From a virus, in IMG/VR virus record IMGVR_UViG_3300021225_000468, positions 32,001-96,000 of that record: DNA of 64,000 bases, one strand, 5' to 3'. Positions within the stretch are counted from its first letter, which is position 1, and every line of letters starts with the position of its first letter. A model generated the notes under the pieces. That model saw only the letters and a program-made list of their open reading frames with translations, made no database searches and was not told the origin of the DNA. The position numbers and the translations under genes were made by a program. This document shows positions 47,618 to 57,949 of this stretch, piece by piece.

Positions 47618-48793
47618 TTATTTTATTTTTGTCATCAATTCTTTCATTCTTTTAAACTGTGGATTCTCATATGCTTTCGCTTCTGATAATACATTTTTAG
47701 AAGATGAGGATTTAGACGTTGAAGTGATTTTATCTACTACTGTTTCAGTCACTGGTTTTTTAGTGTCTAATTCAGATTTGATAGTGTTGTACAATGTTTT
47801 TGATTCATTCATTGTAGAAATTGAATCAAATCTCTTCAAAATATTCAATTTCTCTTGTTTAGTTGTTGAGTGTTCAGTAAAAAGACGAGTAGCGTATGCA
47901 AGATTTGCGTTGAATACTGCGACTTCATTAAGTTTATCTTTGAAAAGAACAAGTGCTTTTTTGTATTCTTCATTTTGTTTTTTCAACTTGTCAAACTCTT
48001 CATTGACAACTTTAGAACCAGAACCTGCTTTGAACATTTTTTTGTTCTTTAAACCTGCTCTGTCAGAACCACCTTTATCTCCATGAGGATTCCATTTAGT
48101 TCTTGCCGCTTCAGTTGCTTCAACTTTTTTCTCATCATCTTCTTCTTTAACCTCTTCATCAGACTCTTCATCTAACTCGATTTCATAGACAGTTTCTTCT
48201 TCATTTGACATATCATCTCCTTCAGTCATGTCTTTTTCAGTCATTTCTTCTTCGGACATTTCCATATCATCAGAATCTTCTAAATCATCAAGTTTGATAA
48301 TATATTCATCTCCTGATACATCGATTTGAAGATTATTACCATCCTTCTTTACTATGATACCATCATCAGGTTTCATTGCTTTAAATACTTTCAACACTTC
48401 TTCATCTGACGCATTTGTCATGTCTAAAGTGTCGGGTTCTTCCATAGAAGGAGTTTCATCATCCATAGAGGACATATCGTCATCCATAGAGGGAGTTTCA
48501 TCTTCGTCATCCATTTTTGATGAGTCATCCATAGATTCATCATCATCCATTTCACCATCTTCAGATGATTCGTCTTCAGTTTTTGATTCTTCATCACCTA
48601 CTGTATCTTCAGTTGGTACATCTTCTTCCGCTTCTTTTGATTCTTCTTCAGAATCCATATTCTCTTCTTCAAGCAAATTTTTCAGTTCCGTTTTCAATGT
48701 TGCAGAAAGTATACCTTTTGAATTTTGCTTCATCGCTTCTTCGAGATTTTCCATCTGAAGTAAAGCTTCTTCTAAAATAGATTTTTGAGCCAT
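47618..48793 (-). CDS. Prohead scaffold/core protein (gp22 position)
   Basis: Very acidic N-half, coiled-coil C-half; between protease and capsid genes. Confidence 0.8.
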   Translation of the reverse strand: MAQKSILEEALLQMENLEEAMKQNSKGILSATLKTELKNLLEEENMDSEEESKEAEEDVPTEDTVGDEESKTEDESSEDGEMDDDESMDDSSKMDDEDETPSMDDDMSSMDDETPSMEEPDTLDMTNASDEEVLKVFKAMKPDDGIIVKKDGNNLQIDVSGDEYIIKLDDLEDSDDMEMSEEEMTEKDMTEGDDMSNEEETVYEIELDEESDEEVKEEDDEKKVEATEAARTKWNPHGDKGGSDRAGLKNKKMFKAGSGSKVVNEEFDKLKKQNEEYKKALVLFKDKLNEVAVFNANLAYATRLFTEHSTTKQEKLNILKRFDSISTMNESKTLYNTIKSELDTKKPVTETVVDKITSTSKSSSSKNVLSEAKAYENPQFKRMKELMTKIK

Positions 48794-48812
48794 TTTTTTA
48801 ATTTTACTTTTA

Positions 48813-48820
48813 TATAAATA
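48813..48820 (-). promoter_or_regulatory. Putative late promoter TATTTATA (scaffold-capsid operon)
   Basis: Recurrent motif upstream of late genes. Confidence 0.6.
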
Positions 48821-48871
48821 TTATTGAATTAGAAAAAATTTCAGATACAATATAAAATAATTAATATTTTT

Positions 48872-49558
48872 TTATTTAGATAAAAAATTATTTAACTTAC
48901 CCATCAAGTTTTTCATTTTATCGACATCTACATCTTTCTCTTCGATAGATTCTTGATACTGTTCTCTATCTTTTAAATCTGAAAAAATGTAAGCACCTGG
49001 TGTAGAGGGTGATGAGACTAAATCAAAACATACAAGTTCAAAATCATCTTGTACCACGTTTTGACCTTTTATTTGTTTTAAGGAACCGACACCTCTTGAT
49101 GATATACCAAGGGTCGCACCATTCATAAGTAAATATGCAGCTTGGTCTCCTTTTGTAGAGACAATACCCATTTTTTGCCAACCAGGTGTTAAGTAAATTT
49201 TGATTTTACCCATCAAAATTTTACCATCCCACCAAGTTTCAAGAATTGAATGTGATACTCTATCTAAATCGATAAGAGACGATGTTGGGTGGTTTAATTC
49301 ATTGAGTGCCCCACCCTTCTTAATTATTGATTGATACTTATCAACTTCTCTTTTTAATATAACTTCAGGATATAATCTACCATTCTTGTTTGGTGTATCG
49401 TACTTTTGTAAAACAGCATAAAGAATCAAATCTTTACTAAAATCTAAGTCTTTCATTTCTTTGATGATAGTTTTATTATCATCATAAGAGATGTAACCAG
49501 CGTCATACTCAATCAAAAATCCACGTTGATTATAATCATTTGGACCTAATATCTTCAT
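48872..49558 (-). CDS. Prohead protease (T4 gp21-like)
   Basis: NKNGRLYP, ELNHP, VSH, GISSRGVGS, DLVSSPS. Confidence 0.95.
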   Translation of the reverse strand: MKILGPNDYNQRGFLIEYDAGYISYDDNKTIIKEMKDLDFSKDLILYAVLQKYDTPNKNGRLYPEVILKREVDKYQSIIKKGGALNELNHPTSSLIDLDRVSHSILETWWDGKILMGKIKIYLTPGWQKMGIVSTKGDQAAYLLMNGATLGISSRGVGSLKQIKGQNVVQDDFELVCFDLVSSPSTPGAYIFSDLKDREQYQESIEEKDVDVDKMKNLMGKLNNFLSK

Positions 49559-49593
49559 TTATAGTTTTTATACTATAAATACATCGATATTGA

Positions 49594-50019
49594 TTAATTT
49601 TTAGTTTTATTGAAATTGAATAAAGTTTTATCTTGCAGACATGTGTCTATAATATTTTTAATTATATTTTTAATTAATGATTTATATTCACTATCTTTGA
49701 TGTCGAATGGTTGATTTACAAATAATGTGATTTCTAAATTCATAAAAGATTTTTTAGATGATTTGATACCATTAATTTTGATATCTAAATCAACAATACT
49801 TTCTTTTTTAAAATTAGAATTATTTAGTTCGTAAATTAAATTTTTAATTTTTCTTCTCGATGATAAAACAATCAAATCATATTCAGTCTCATCATTCAAC
49901 GGTAATAACCATGAATTTAATTTAAGATAAACAGTTTTCAAATTTCTAAAATCTACCGTACCATATCCAATCTTTACATTCTTATAATTTCCTAATTCTA
50001 TAAATTTACCAGCCTTCAT
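49594..50019 (-). CDS. Hypothetical protein
   Basis: 141 aa, divergent from bS21. Confidence 0.65.
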   Translation of the reverse strand: MKAGKFIELGNYKNVKIGYGTVDFRNLKTVYLKLNSWLLPLNDETEYDLIVLSSRRKIKNLIYELNNSNFKKESIVDLDIKINGIKSSKKSFMNLEITLFVNQPFDIKDSEYKSLIKNIIKNIIDTCLQDKTLFNFNKTKN

Positions 50020-50119
50020 TCAAAACATGTTAAAAAATATTAATGTTATTAATAAATTATAAACAAAATTTATTTTTTTTCAAAAAAAAAGTATATATAT
50101 TTGTAAAAAAGAATTAAAT

Positions 50120-50311
50120 ATGATTATAATCAATGTATCAGAAGAAAAAAATATCGAATCAGCATTAAAAACCTATAAGAATAGAGTACAAAAATCTAAA
50201 CAATTGTTGATTCTAAAAGATAAACAGACGTATATTAAACCGTCAGTTCAAAAAAGAGAAAAAATACAGAAAGCAAAATATAGTCAAAAAATAAAAAATG
50301 GTCTTGATTAA
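50120..50311 (+). CDS. rpsU: Phage-encoded 30S ribosomal protein bS21
   Basis: IIINV....IESALK.YK..V.K......LK....Y.KPSV.KR....KA.Y. Confidence 0.88.
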   Translation: MIIINVSEEKNIESALKTYKNRVQKSKQLLILKDKQTYIKPSVQKREKIQKAKYSQKIKNGLD

Positions 50312-50327
50312 TCAAGACCATTTTTTA
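50292..50327. repeat. Perfect 36-bp palindrome spanning overlapping stop codons (probable bidirectional terminator)
   Basis: TAAAAAATGGTCTTGATT|AATCAAGACCATTTTTTA. Confidence 0.85.
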
Positions 50328-51054
50328 ATTGTGTTAATTTGTAATAATTGTATTTAGTTGGTGAACTATTAATTACTTGTTCTTTTGTGTTATTTAGTTT
50401 ATCAGTTAATTCGGAATCTTTAGATTCATTTAAAAGACTATCTAATTTATTTAATAATTCATTTTTTATTGAGTCAATTTCATTTATAATTTGTTCATTG
50501 TTTAATGATGCTATTTTTTTAAATTCTTGTTTTTCTTCTTCGGACATTAATTTTTGAAAATTACTGTTAAAATTGTTTGTTAAAACCGCGGATAATAATT
50601 TAGTATTTTCTGTAAAAATATTTGATGGTTCTTCTTCTAATTCTTTCTCTTTTTTAGTTTTAATATATTGAATTAGTTTGTTTTTGGCGATAACCTTTTT
50701 TTCTAAATTTAACAAAGTAGTATTTTCTGATAATATATCTATACATTCATAAATTTCATTGTTTTGAACATTTACGTCTGATAACTTTTCACTCATAGTT
50801 TCTAACATGGGTTTTACTTTCTTAATCTTTTCAATTAAAAAAGGTTCCATATTTTCTACATATAATTTTGCGGTGGCATCATCATTTAATTGTATATTTT
50901 CTATATTTTCATAGAATAAATATAATTCTTTAAAATCATCATTACTTTTTATTTCCTTCAATAGGTTTTTTAGTTCGCTTTTATTTTCATTTTCATATAA
51001 ATTAACTAATTTATTTATGATAGATGATTTTAATTGTCCAAATGTTTTTTTCAT
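50308..51054 (-). CDS. Hypothetical head-module protein
   Basis: 248 aa helical, directly downstream of portal. Confidence 0.7.
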   Translation of the reverse strand: MKKTFGQLKSSIINKLVNLYENENKSELKNLLKEIKSNDDFKELYLFYENIENIQLNDDATAKLYVENMEPFLIEKIKKVKPMLETMSEKLSDVNVQNNEIYECIDILSENTTLLNLEKKVIAKNKLIQYIKTKKEKELEEEPSNIFTENTKLLSAVLTNNFNSNFQKLMSEEEKQEFKKIASLNNEQIINEIDSIKNELLNKLDSLLNESKDSELTDKLNNTKEQVINSSPTKYNYYKLTQLKNGLD

Positions 51055-51056
51055 TT

Positions 51057-52898
51057 TTAATCGTTTAGTATATCTTTTATTTTCTTTTCCATTTCATAAA
51101 TATTTTGTTGAGCCTTTTTTATATCAAATAAATCGTCTAATTTTAGATTTTCTTCATTTACTCCCAAAAAAATACGTTTTTTTGACTCACTCAATGGTGG
51201 TTCACCACCCGCAGGTGCTGAAGGTTCTGACATAGGTGCAGGTGCTCCACCACCAAGTGCACCCATATCACCACCAGATTCTCCACCTTCACCTGATGTT
51301 GCTGCTTGTTCTTGTTTCTTCCTTTCTTCCTCAGGAATACCATACTTTGAATCTACCTCATCGAATATCCTTGTTCTTTTAATTATATTCTGTGTATTAG
51401 TCAATTCAACACCAATCGCTCTTTCAAGTCTTTGTTGTTGTAAATCAAGAACGACTTCGCTATCACTCATTCCAAGGATATTTTTCTTTGCCCAAGTGTG
51501 TGATACAGGTAAAATACCTAATTGAGATTGGTCAGAAGTTGCGTCTTTATATAATGTGATTTTTTCTTTCCACTGTTCTATTCTTAATAGGTCAGATTGT
51601 GCAGATGGATTTGTTAGAGATAATGAAAAATTATTTAATTCATCTTCTAATCCTAACAAGTATAAATGAACTAACGCAATTTTGTTTAATTCTTGAATTA
51701 ATGACTTTTGAATTCTATTGATAGTTCTTGCAAAACGAATATCCATCAATGCTAATTGTTTACCTTCTCCAACAACGTCCTCAAATCCAAGAAACGCTTT
51801 AGGTATCCTTAATGCTGCTAACATTTTCTTCTGAATATATTCAATATCTGCAATCTCACCTAAATTTTGTGCACCTGGTAGTGTCTCAATAGGGTTAGTT
51901 TGTGCAGGGTCTCTTACAGCAATGAAATAATCTTGGTCTACCGCCATTTGATTATATCTCATATCAACTTGACCATTCTTTGGGTCTTGTATTTGGTCTC
52001 TTTTAAATTTGTTTGCAACACGTTGTACATACGCCTCAACATCTTTATCATCCATGTTACCTACAAATATTTTGAACACTCTTCTTTCAGGTGCTCTTGA
52101 TGTTCTATATATCAACATAGCATCTTCAGCGAGAAGAAGTTGTTTCCATATTCTTCTAATTTTATCTAACATAGATGTACCGTATGGTAACTTTCTATCA
52201 TCACCTAATAATCTAAAATGAGCAATTTCCCATGACTGAAATTCCATTTCCTTATTACTCCATTTGAATCGAAGTTCACGACTTGGAATATGAAATTCTT
52301 TTTGATTGACAGTTGCAGATGGTGTTCCTTCCCATCTTTCTATTTCAATGTTTGGTAACTGTTGACACCCAATAATACCTTCTTTTGGGTCAATTTTTAA
52401 ATACACAAAATCATCACCATACTTACACAATCCTCTTGTCCACATCTGAAGATTAGTGTTTATATCTAATCTATTTACAAATAAATCGTGTAATATATTT
52501 TTTACTCTATCAGATTCAGAAAATATAGTTAAGATTTGACCTTGTTCTGAAAGAGTTGTAGATTCTTCCGCATATATGTCTAATGCAGCAGATATTTCAG
52601 GAGTAAACTCCATACTTTCATAATCATAATATGCTGCTAACCTATTTGGTTCATAATAAACCGACTGATTATATAGTGATTGGTCAAGTTTTACCCATTT
52701 GTCTGATAGATATTGTGATTGTTGAGACTGAAGTAACGCTTTTTCATATTCTTCTTTACTACTTGTCTTTAATAATTCGTCTTTTGAAAAGTTAAACTTT
52801 GGGGTATTGTCTTGTTTTATGTCTTCAGGTTTCGTTTCACCAGGAAAACCAAAAACTTTAGTTAATTTTTGAAATATTGTTAAATTCTTTTCTGCCAT
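51057..52898 (-). CDS. Portal protein (T4 gp20-like)
   Basis: PEISAALDI, LLAEDAMLIYRTSRAPERRVFKI.VGN, ETLPGAQNLGEI.DI.Y. Confidence 0.95.
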   Translation of the reverse strand: MAEKNLTIFQKLTKVFGFPGETKPEDIKQDNTPKFNFSKDELLKTSSKEEYEKALLQSQQSQYLSDKWVKLDQSLYNQSVYYEPNRLAAYYDYESMEFTPEISAALDIYAEESTTLSEQGQILTIFSESDRVKNILHDLFVNRLDINTNLQMWTRGLCKYGDDFVYLKIDPKEGIIGCQQLPNIEIERWEGTPSATVNQKEFHIPSRELRFKWSNKEMEFQSWEIAHFRLLGDDRKLPYGTSMLDKIRRIWKQLLLAEDAMLIYRTSRAPERRVFKIFVGNMDDKDVEAYVQRVANKFKRDQIQDPKNGQVDMRYNQMAVDQDYFIAVRDPAQTNPIETLPGAQNLGEIADIEYIQKKMLAALRIPKAFLGFEDVVGEGKQLALMDIRFARTINRIQKSLIQELNKIALVHLYLLGLEDELNNFSLSLTNPSAQSDLLRIEQWKEKITLYKDATSDQSQLGILPVSHTWAKKNILGMSDSEVVLDLQQQRLERAIGVELTNTQNIIKRTRIFDEVDSKYGIPEEERKKQEQAATSGEGGESGGDMGALGGGAPAPMSEPSAPAGGEPPLSESKKRIFLGVNEENLKLDDLFDIKKAQQNIYEMEKKIKDILND

Positions 52899-52951
52899 AT
52901 TAAATAAATATTAATATAAATAATACCATAAATTTATTTATGTTTAAATGT

Positions 52952-54730
52952 TTATCTTGGTTTCCCAAATAACCATGAATATTCTTTATAAACTTCTTTA
53001 GGATGATTTAGTGGGTTGTTTTTATGAAACACATTAGTACCATTAGTATGCATGGATGCAATTTGGTCTAATGTCTGTCCATATGAATAATACGACTTAT
53101 TTACTTCATATGTTCTTTCAGATAATGTCCAAGATTCGATAATTGATTTATTTAAATTCTCGGCTCTTTCTAATTGACTAAAAGAAATATCACCAACATA
53201 TAAGGCAATTGAAATACTCATAATGGAATCATCATGAGCTCCTTTCATATGGTCAGGTCTGCCATTGATGTACACAAAAGTGTTCAATTCATTTAATAAT
53301 CTATTAGAACGAATTGCAAATCCTTTTCTTACTTGTTCCTCAAACGCAGCAATTATTTGTGTTCTTTTATTATTAAAATTTATCCCTGGAATTTTATCTA
53401 ACGCATTTTTCTTATACTCCCAAATGTTTTGAACGTTGATACCATCGATATATAAATTTTTATATCCCATTTCAACCAACTTTCTTGATGTTGCAACACC
53501 CATACCACCTGTAATATCTATCGCAATAAACGCATTACCGTATAGTACACCCCATTTGTATGCTATTGATGCTAAGTCATCAGGAGGTATTTTACCTACA
53601 TATTCAACCACTTGTTCCCTTTCATCAAAATCTATTATATTCATTGATGAAAAATCTTCACTATCTCCTCTACTAACATCTAAACCCATAACATAACGAT
53701 GACCATTTATAGGTTCTTTCCATTGCCATAAAGTACCCTGCATAAATTTTTCTATCGGTACTCTAATTAGGTTTTTAGCAATGTTTTCTTGTATGTCATT
53801 TGGAATAACACCATCACCTGAACCTAAGAAATCACATTCAAGTTCTTGTGCAATCTTACGTCTATCATATTTGAATTTTTTCGACATAGATTCAAACCAT
53901 GATGAAAATGGTTTATATCCCTGTTCTTCATATTCTTTATATTTGTTAATGTCAAAATCATAAAGAACTACTTCATCATCATTATATTGTTCTCTGTTTA
54001 ACATATAATGTACAATATCTTGACATTTTACCCACCTCAAATCTTTTGTGTATCTTGGGTCTTTAAACCATCTTAAATCGGTAATATGAAAGTCATTTAA
54101 CTTACGTATCGCTTGGTCATAAACACCATAATAAATTGGGTCATAACCATTAGGTGTTGATATTAATATAATTTTACCACCTGTTGACAAAGATGCCATA
54201 GATGCAGCCCAAAAATCTTCACCTGCTTCGATATATGCAGCTTCATCAAATACAAGTATTGTTGGTGTATAACCACGTAGGGCATCCGCAGATGTTGCAA
54301 CTGCTTTTACTTCACAACCATTATTTAATTTAAATCTACTTTCTGAGTTTTTATCAGGTGAAAATCCTACATTAATCCATTCTGGCCATTGGTCTAAAAA
54401 ATTCCTGATTTTATTTGCCATTTCTATTGCGGTATCTCTTTTATTCGCAATAATCAAAACTCTTTCAGGATTTTCTCTTTTTGCTGTTTGTAATTTTTTC
54501 GAAATCCAAGCAGCAGTCACAGTTGTAACACCTGCCTGTCTATATTTACGGGTAATATTTTCATTATATATCTCGTAGTCTTTTATTAACTGAACTTGGT
54601 CAGGAAATAATTCTAATGGGACATATCTTTTTTGTGTGTTATCATATGTTTGTAAATAAGTTCTTAGTGCATATGGTGCATCTTTAATTATTTTAGCGTA
54701 TTCTTTTAATTGTTCTATTTTTCCACTCAT
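52952..54730 (-). CDS. Terminase large subunit (T4 gp17-like)
   Basis: KYRQAGVTT, VFDEAA, ISTPNG, QELECDF, GLDVSRG, HDD; likely start ATG 54730. Confidence 0.95.
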   Translation of the reverse strand: MSGKIEQLKEYAKIIKDAPYALRTYLQTYDNTQKRYVPLELFPDQVQLIKDYEIYNENITRKYRQAGVTTVTAAWISKKLQTAKRENPERVLIIANKRDTAIEMANKIRNFLDQWPEWINVGFSPDKNSESRFKLNNGCEVKAVATSADALRGYTPTILVFDEAAYIEAGEDFWAASMASLSTGGKIILISTPNGYDPIYYGVYDQAIRKLNDFHITDLRWFKDPRYTKDLRWVKCQDIVHYMLNREQYNDDEVVLYDFDINKYKEYEEQGYKPFSSWFESMSKKFKYDRRKIAQELECDFLGSGDGVIPNDIQENIAKNLIRVPIEKFMQGTLWQWKEPINGHRYVMGLDVSRGDSEDFSSMNIIDFDEREQVVEYVGKIPPDDLASIAYKWGVLYGNAFIAIDITGGMGVATSRKLVEMGYKNLYIDGINVQNIWEYKKNALDKIPGINFNNKRTQIIAAFEEQVRKGFAIRSNRLLNELNTFVYINGRPDHMKGAHDDSIMSISIALYVGDISFSQLERAENLNKSIIESWTLSERTYEVNKSYYSYGQTLDQIASMHTNGTNVFHKNNPLNHPKEVYKEYSWLFGKPR

Positions 54731-54753
54731 AACAAATCTATATTCATAAATAC

Positions 54754-54788
54754 AAAAAAAGTGGTCAAATTTGACCACTTTAATTTTT
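54754..54788. terminator. Palindromic terminator-like hairpin
   Basis: AAAGTGGTCAAATTTGACCACTTT flanked by A/T runs. Confidence 0.7.
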
Positions 54789-54808
54789 ATTGATTTTTTA
54801 TTTCAAAT

Positions 54809-55447
54809 TTATTTACTTAATTTAGTTTTAATTAAACTTAAAATTTCACCTTTTGAGGTAAATGGATGGTATTCCGATTCTACAATATTGTTTAACCATT
54901 CTTTTACTTCAGTACTTTCATTTTTTTGTGAATCGTCTTTTTTAGATTCTCTTTTAATATTTTTCCACATTGCTGCTCCCGCGACCGCTTTTGGATTATC
55001 GGCTCCCGATTCTTTCGCTTTTTTCTCTATTTCTTTAAATCCTTTACCTTTTTTTCCAATATCCTTACCTGATTTCGCTGATTTTACAACTTCACTTTTC
55101 TTTTCTTTTGATAATCCTGTAGATGGTTTTTCTTCACTAACTTCTTTTTTCTTTTGACCTTTAAGAATTTTAAAATCTTGTGCGTCAATTTTACCGTTAT
55201 GATTTTTATCTAATTTTTTTTGATTACCTTTTAATTCTTCTTTCATTTCTTCTTCATAGGTAACAAAATTTTGTTTAGTCTTCTTGGCTTGGTCTATTGC
55301 CACTTTATTATCCTTAGAAACATTTAAAACTTGTTCTCCTAACATTCTTTTTGATAATGCAAATATTTGTTCGTCACTAAAATTGACTAATGTTTTTTCA
55401 GATAAACCTTCCTGAATTAACATTTTTATCATATCTAATCTTTTCAT
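54809..55447 (-). CDS. Modular internal head protein candidate
   Basis: Lys-rich modules separated by EE/ES sites; EF-hand-like LDKNHNGKIDAQDF. Confidence 0.55.
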   Translation of the reverse strand: MKRLDMIKMLIQEGLSEKTLVNFSDEQIFALSKRMLGEQVLNVSKDNKVAIDQAKKTKQNFVTYEEEMKEELKGNQKKLDKNHNGKIDAQDFKILKGQKKKEVSEEKPSTGLSKEKKSEVVKSAKSGKDIGKKGKGFKEIEKKAKESGADNPKAVAGAAMWKNIKRESKKDDSQKNESTEVKEWLNNIVESEYHPFTSKGEILSLIKTKLSK

Positions 55448-55845
55448 ATGTTCTTAAATTTAATTTCTTGATTTAATAAAAAATATTTTCTCTGTTTCAG
55501 TTTTTTTGAAACAGAATCAATTGTTTCACCAAACCTGAAATAAAGACGCTCATTCTCGGATTCATTGTTGTATTTTTCCCAACCTAAAGATATGATTCCA
55601 TCAACGGCATCTATTATACCGAAGTAATCTGAATTTTGTATTAATTCTAAATCTAAATCACTATCTTTTAACAAACCGACCATGTCTATAAATTCTATGT
55701 CAGGAGATTTGGAATTAATAGAAGAAGACGCAGGTATTGTAAACCATTCATCATTACTTAATTCTTCAGATTCACTAAAAATGAATTCGTATTGTTTTTG
55801 TCCTTTAAAATCAACACCAATTTCATTTATATAAATGAGTTTCAC
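55444..55845 (-). CDS. Hypothetical protein
   Basis: 133 aa in operon. Confidence 0.65.
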   Translation of the reverse strand: MKLIYINEIGVDFKGQKQYEFIFSESEELSNDEWFTIPASSSINSKSPDIEFIDMVGLLKDSDLDLELIQNSDYFGIIDAVDGIISLGWEKYNNESENERLYFRFGETIDSVSKKLKQRKYFLLNQEIKFKNI

Positions 55846-55853
55846 TTTGAATA

Positions 55854-56864
55854 TTAGATTTTATCAAAATATTTATTCAAAATATCACTAACACTTTTAT
55901 TTACACTACTTTTTATTTCGTCTAAATCTAATTCGACTATTTCGTCATTATCTTCACCTAACTCACTAATATCCCAAGATTCAAAATCTTCTAAGGCTTT
56001 CATACCCTTATCATATTCAGACATTTCTTGAGATTTTTCTGTATCCATTTCAGGTTCTGGTGTTTCATCACCCATATCAGGTTCAGGAGTTTCATCAGAC
56101 ATTTCAGGTTCTTTACCCATATCTGACTCTTCATCACGTTCAAATTTCTTACCGATTTCTTCTAAATCTTCAAATTCTAATTTATCTAAATCAACGGCAG
56201 AAATAATCATGTTAAGAACATATTTTATATCATCACTTTCTAATCTTTCTTTTTGGTCTCTCAATTCCTGTCCGAGTTTACCTGCAAATTTTTGAATTTC
56301 CGCCATGTAATCTGAACGTTTTTGTGATGAATCGTCACCACCCATATCAGGAGTATCACCCATGTCAGGTGTGTCCATTCCTTCAGGAGATGGTGTATCA
56401 CCTGTTTCAGGTGACATCTCACCACCCATATCAGATGGTGGAGGTGGTGGTATAGATTCTCCTGATGGTTCTGCATCCATGGGAGGAGGAGGTGGTGTTT
56501 CAACTTCATTTTGTTTTGACTTCTGTTTCAAAACATATTTTGTTGCTTCTTGGATTTCTTCTTGACCTTTCAACAATTCTAATCTTTTCAATGCTTCAGC
56601 ATATGAAGAAAATTTATTCTTATTTTTCATGAATAATCCACCGATATAATCTAAAGACGATTCATTTAATCCTCTTTTAACATAATATCCGTCTTTTTCT
56701 TTGACAATACCATAAATGCCACCTGCTTTAGATTCTTTCACTAATTCAGGTTTAGTTTCCTTGTTACTTATGTTTTTTGAATTGTAATATGTTAATTCGA
56801 GAATTCTTTTTAATTTCTCGTCACTACTCAATTTTTCACTTCCAAGTGGTTTAATATCTGCCAT
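55854..56864 (-). CDS. Acidic Pro-rich prohead core-like protein
   Basis: DTPDMG and DETPEP repeats; EKLKRILEL motif; late motif at 56897-56904. Confidence 0.6.
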   Translation of the reverse strand: MADIKPLGSEKLSSDEKLKRILELTYYNSKNISNKETKPELVKESKAGGIYGIVKEKDGYYVKRGLNESSLDYIGGLFMKNKNKFSSYAEALKRLELLKGQEEIQEATKYVLKQKSKQNEVETPPPPPMDAEPSGESIPPPPPSDMGGEMSPETGDTPSPEGMDTPDMGDTPDMGGDDSSQKRSDYMAEIQKFAGKLGQELRDQKERLESDDIKYVLNMIISAVDLDKLEFEDLEEIGKKFERDEESDMGKEPEMSDETPEPDMGDETPEPEMDTEKSQEMSEYDKGMKALEDFESWDISELGEDNDEIVELDLDEIKSSVNKSVSDILNKYFDKI

Positions 56865-56935
56865 TTTTTTAAAATTAAATAAACTTATTCTTAATCTATA
56901 AATACATAGATAAAATAAAAAATTTTAATTGTGAA

Positions 56936-57679
56936 TCATTCTATTGATAATTTCTTATCAAGAAGAGTACTTTTTAAGTCTAATAATTTTTTTATAGAAC
57001 CATTTCTTCTTAATAACTTGAATGTCAAATTCTCGAAAGAATATTCACCACCTTTATCTAAACCTGTTTGTCTAAAATTTTTGATTTTTTTATATATTTT
57101 TTTTAGGTCATCCATCACATCATGTTGCTGTGATTTTTTTACTAAATCATCAATTTTTTTTGTGTATTCATCAGATTTAGATAGTATTTTTTCATCATCA
57201 ATCGATATTTTTTGTTTTACAGGTTTTGTGACCCATTTATCTTTTAAAATTGAGTATATACCTGTAGAAGTTGCTTTTTCATTTAAATCTTGTACATAAA
57301 TTTCAACATCATAATTTTTTATTTTGATGTCATGTTTACTTTTCCATGCCTTTTCTTTGGCATCAAAAAATTCTTTCATGATGTCTACACTATATTTTTG
57401 GTCTTCAAAATCAACTATTATGTGTAAATCTATATCAGAATAATTGGACCAATTATAATTTGCTAAAGAACCCGTAATTACAATATCATGAATAAAAAAT
57501 TCAATACCGATAAAATCTATGTATTCATTTGATATATCGATTAATTTTTTTCTGATTTCAGAGTGCATTTTTGATTCGTCTTCAAAAATAACATCTGATA
57601 GAGAATCTTTTGGTATGAAAGAGTCAACTATTTTTTCATCCTCTTTTGTATATTCATTAATATCGTAATTGTTTATCAT
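56936..57679 (-). CDS. Pol-beta superfamily nucleotidyltransferase
   Basis: ITGSLANYNWSNYSDIDLHII (GS...DxD) and downstream VEIYVQD. Confidence 0.8.
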   Translation of the reverse strand: MINNYDINEYTKEDEKIVDSFIPKDSLSDVIFEDESKMHSEIRKKLIDISNEYIDFIGIEFFIHDIVITGSLANYNWSNYSDIDLHIIVDFEDQKYSVDIMKEFFDAKEKAWKSKHDIKIKNYDVEIYVQDLNEKATSTGIYSILKDKWVTKPVKQKISIDDEKILSKSDEYTKKIDDLVKKSQQHDVMDDLKKIYKKIKNFRQTGLDKGGEYSFENLTFKLLRRNGSIKKLLDLKSTLLDKKLSIE

Positions 57680-57921
57680 TGAATTTTTTTATATGTATAA
57701 TTTTTAGATATATTAGTATTGAAATATTTTCCTTGAGATTCTGACATTCTAAATCTTGTAAATACTTCCCAAGGAACTCCTTTGTATTCATATACACTGT
57801 TATTGTTGAAAGTGATTTCCAAATCTTTAGATTCTGTATTATATTTCGCAGATTTAAGATTAGAGGAATTAATCTCAACTATAATTAACTTCCCTTCAAT
57901 TTTTTCTGTAATAATACCCAT
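57676..57921 (-). CDS. KTSC-domain protein
   Basis: SSNLKSAKYN....LEITF....YEYKGVP...S.GKYFN.NI; start ATG 57921. Confidence 0.85.
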   Translation of the reverse strand: MGIITEKIEGKLIIVEINSSNLKSAKYNTESKDLEITFNNNSVYEYKGVPWEVFTRFRMSESQGKYFNTNISKNYTYKKIQ

Positions 57922-57949
57922 ATATTTTTTTAATAAATATAAAAAAAAT

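Noticed and set aside
48420-48560. Tandem DNA repeats in scaffold gene (similar at 56040-56110 and 56340-56400)
   Set aside because: Explained by low-complexity acidic peptide repeats (DETPSM, DTPDMG, DETPEP)
18699-54730. Inteins or introns in polymerase, capsid, portal or terminase
   Set aside because: ORFs are uninterrupted, of expected size, with no intein motifs noticed
54731-54778. N-terminal extensions in the ORF track for terminase (also helicase, HNH, KTSC, 23407 ORF)
   Set aside because: Extensions run through promoter/terminator sequence or upstream genes; downstream ATGs fit better
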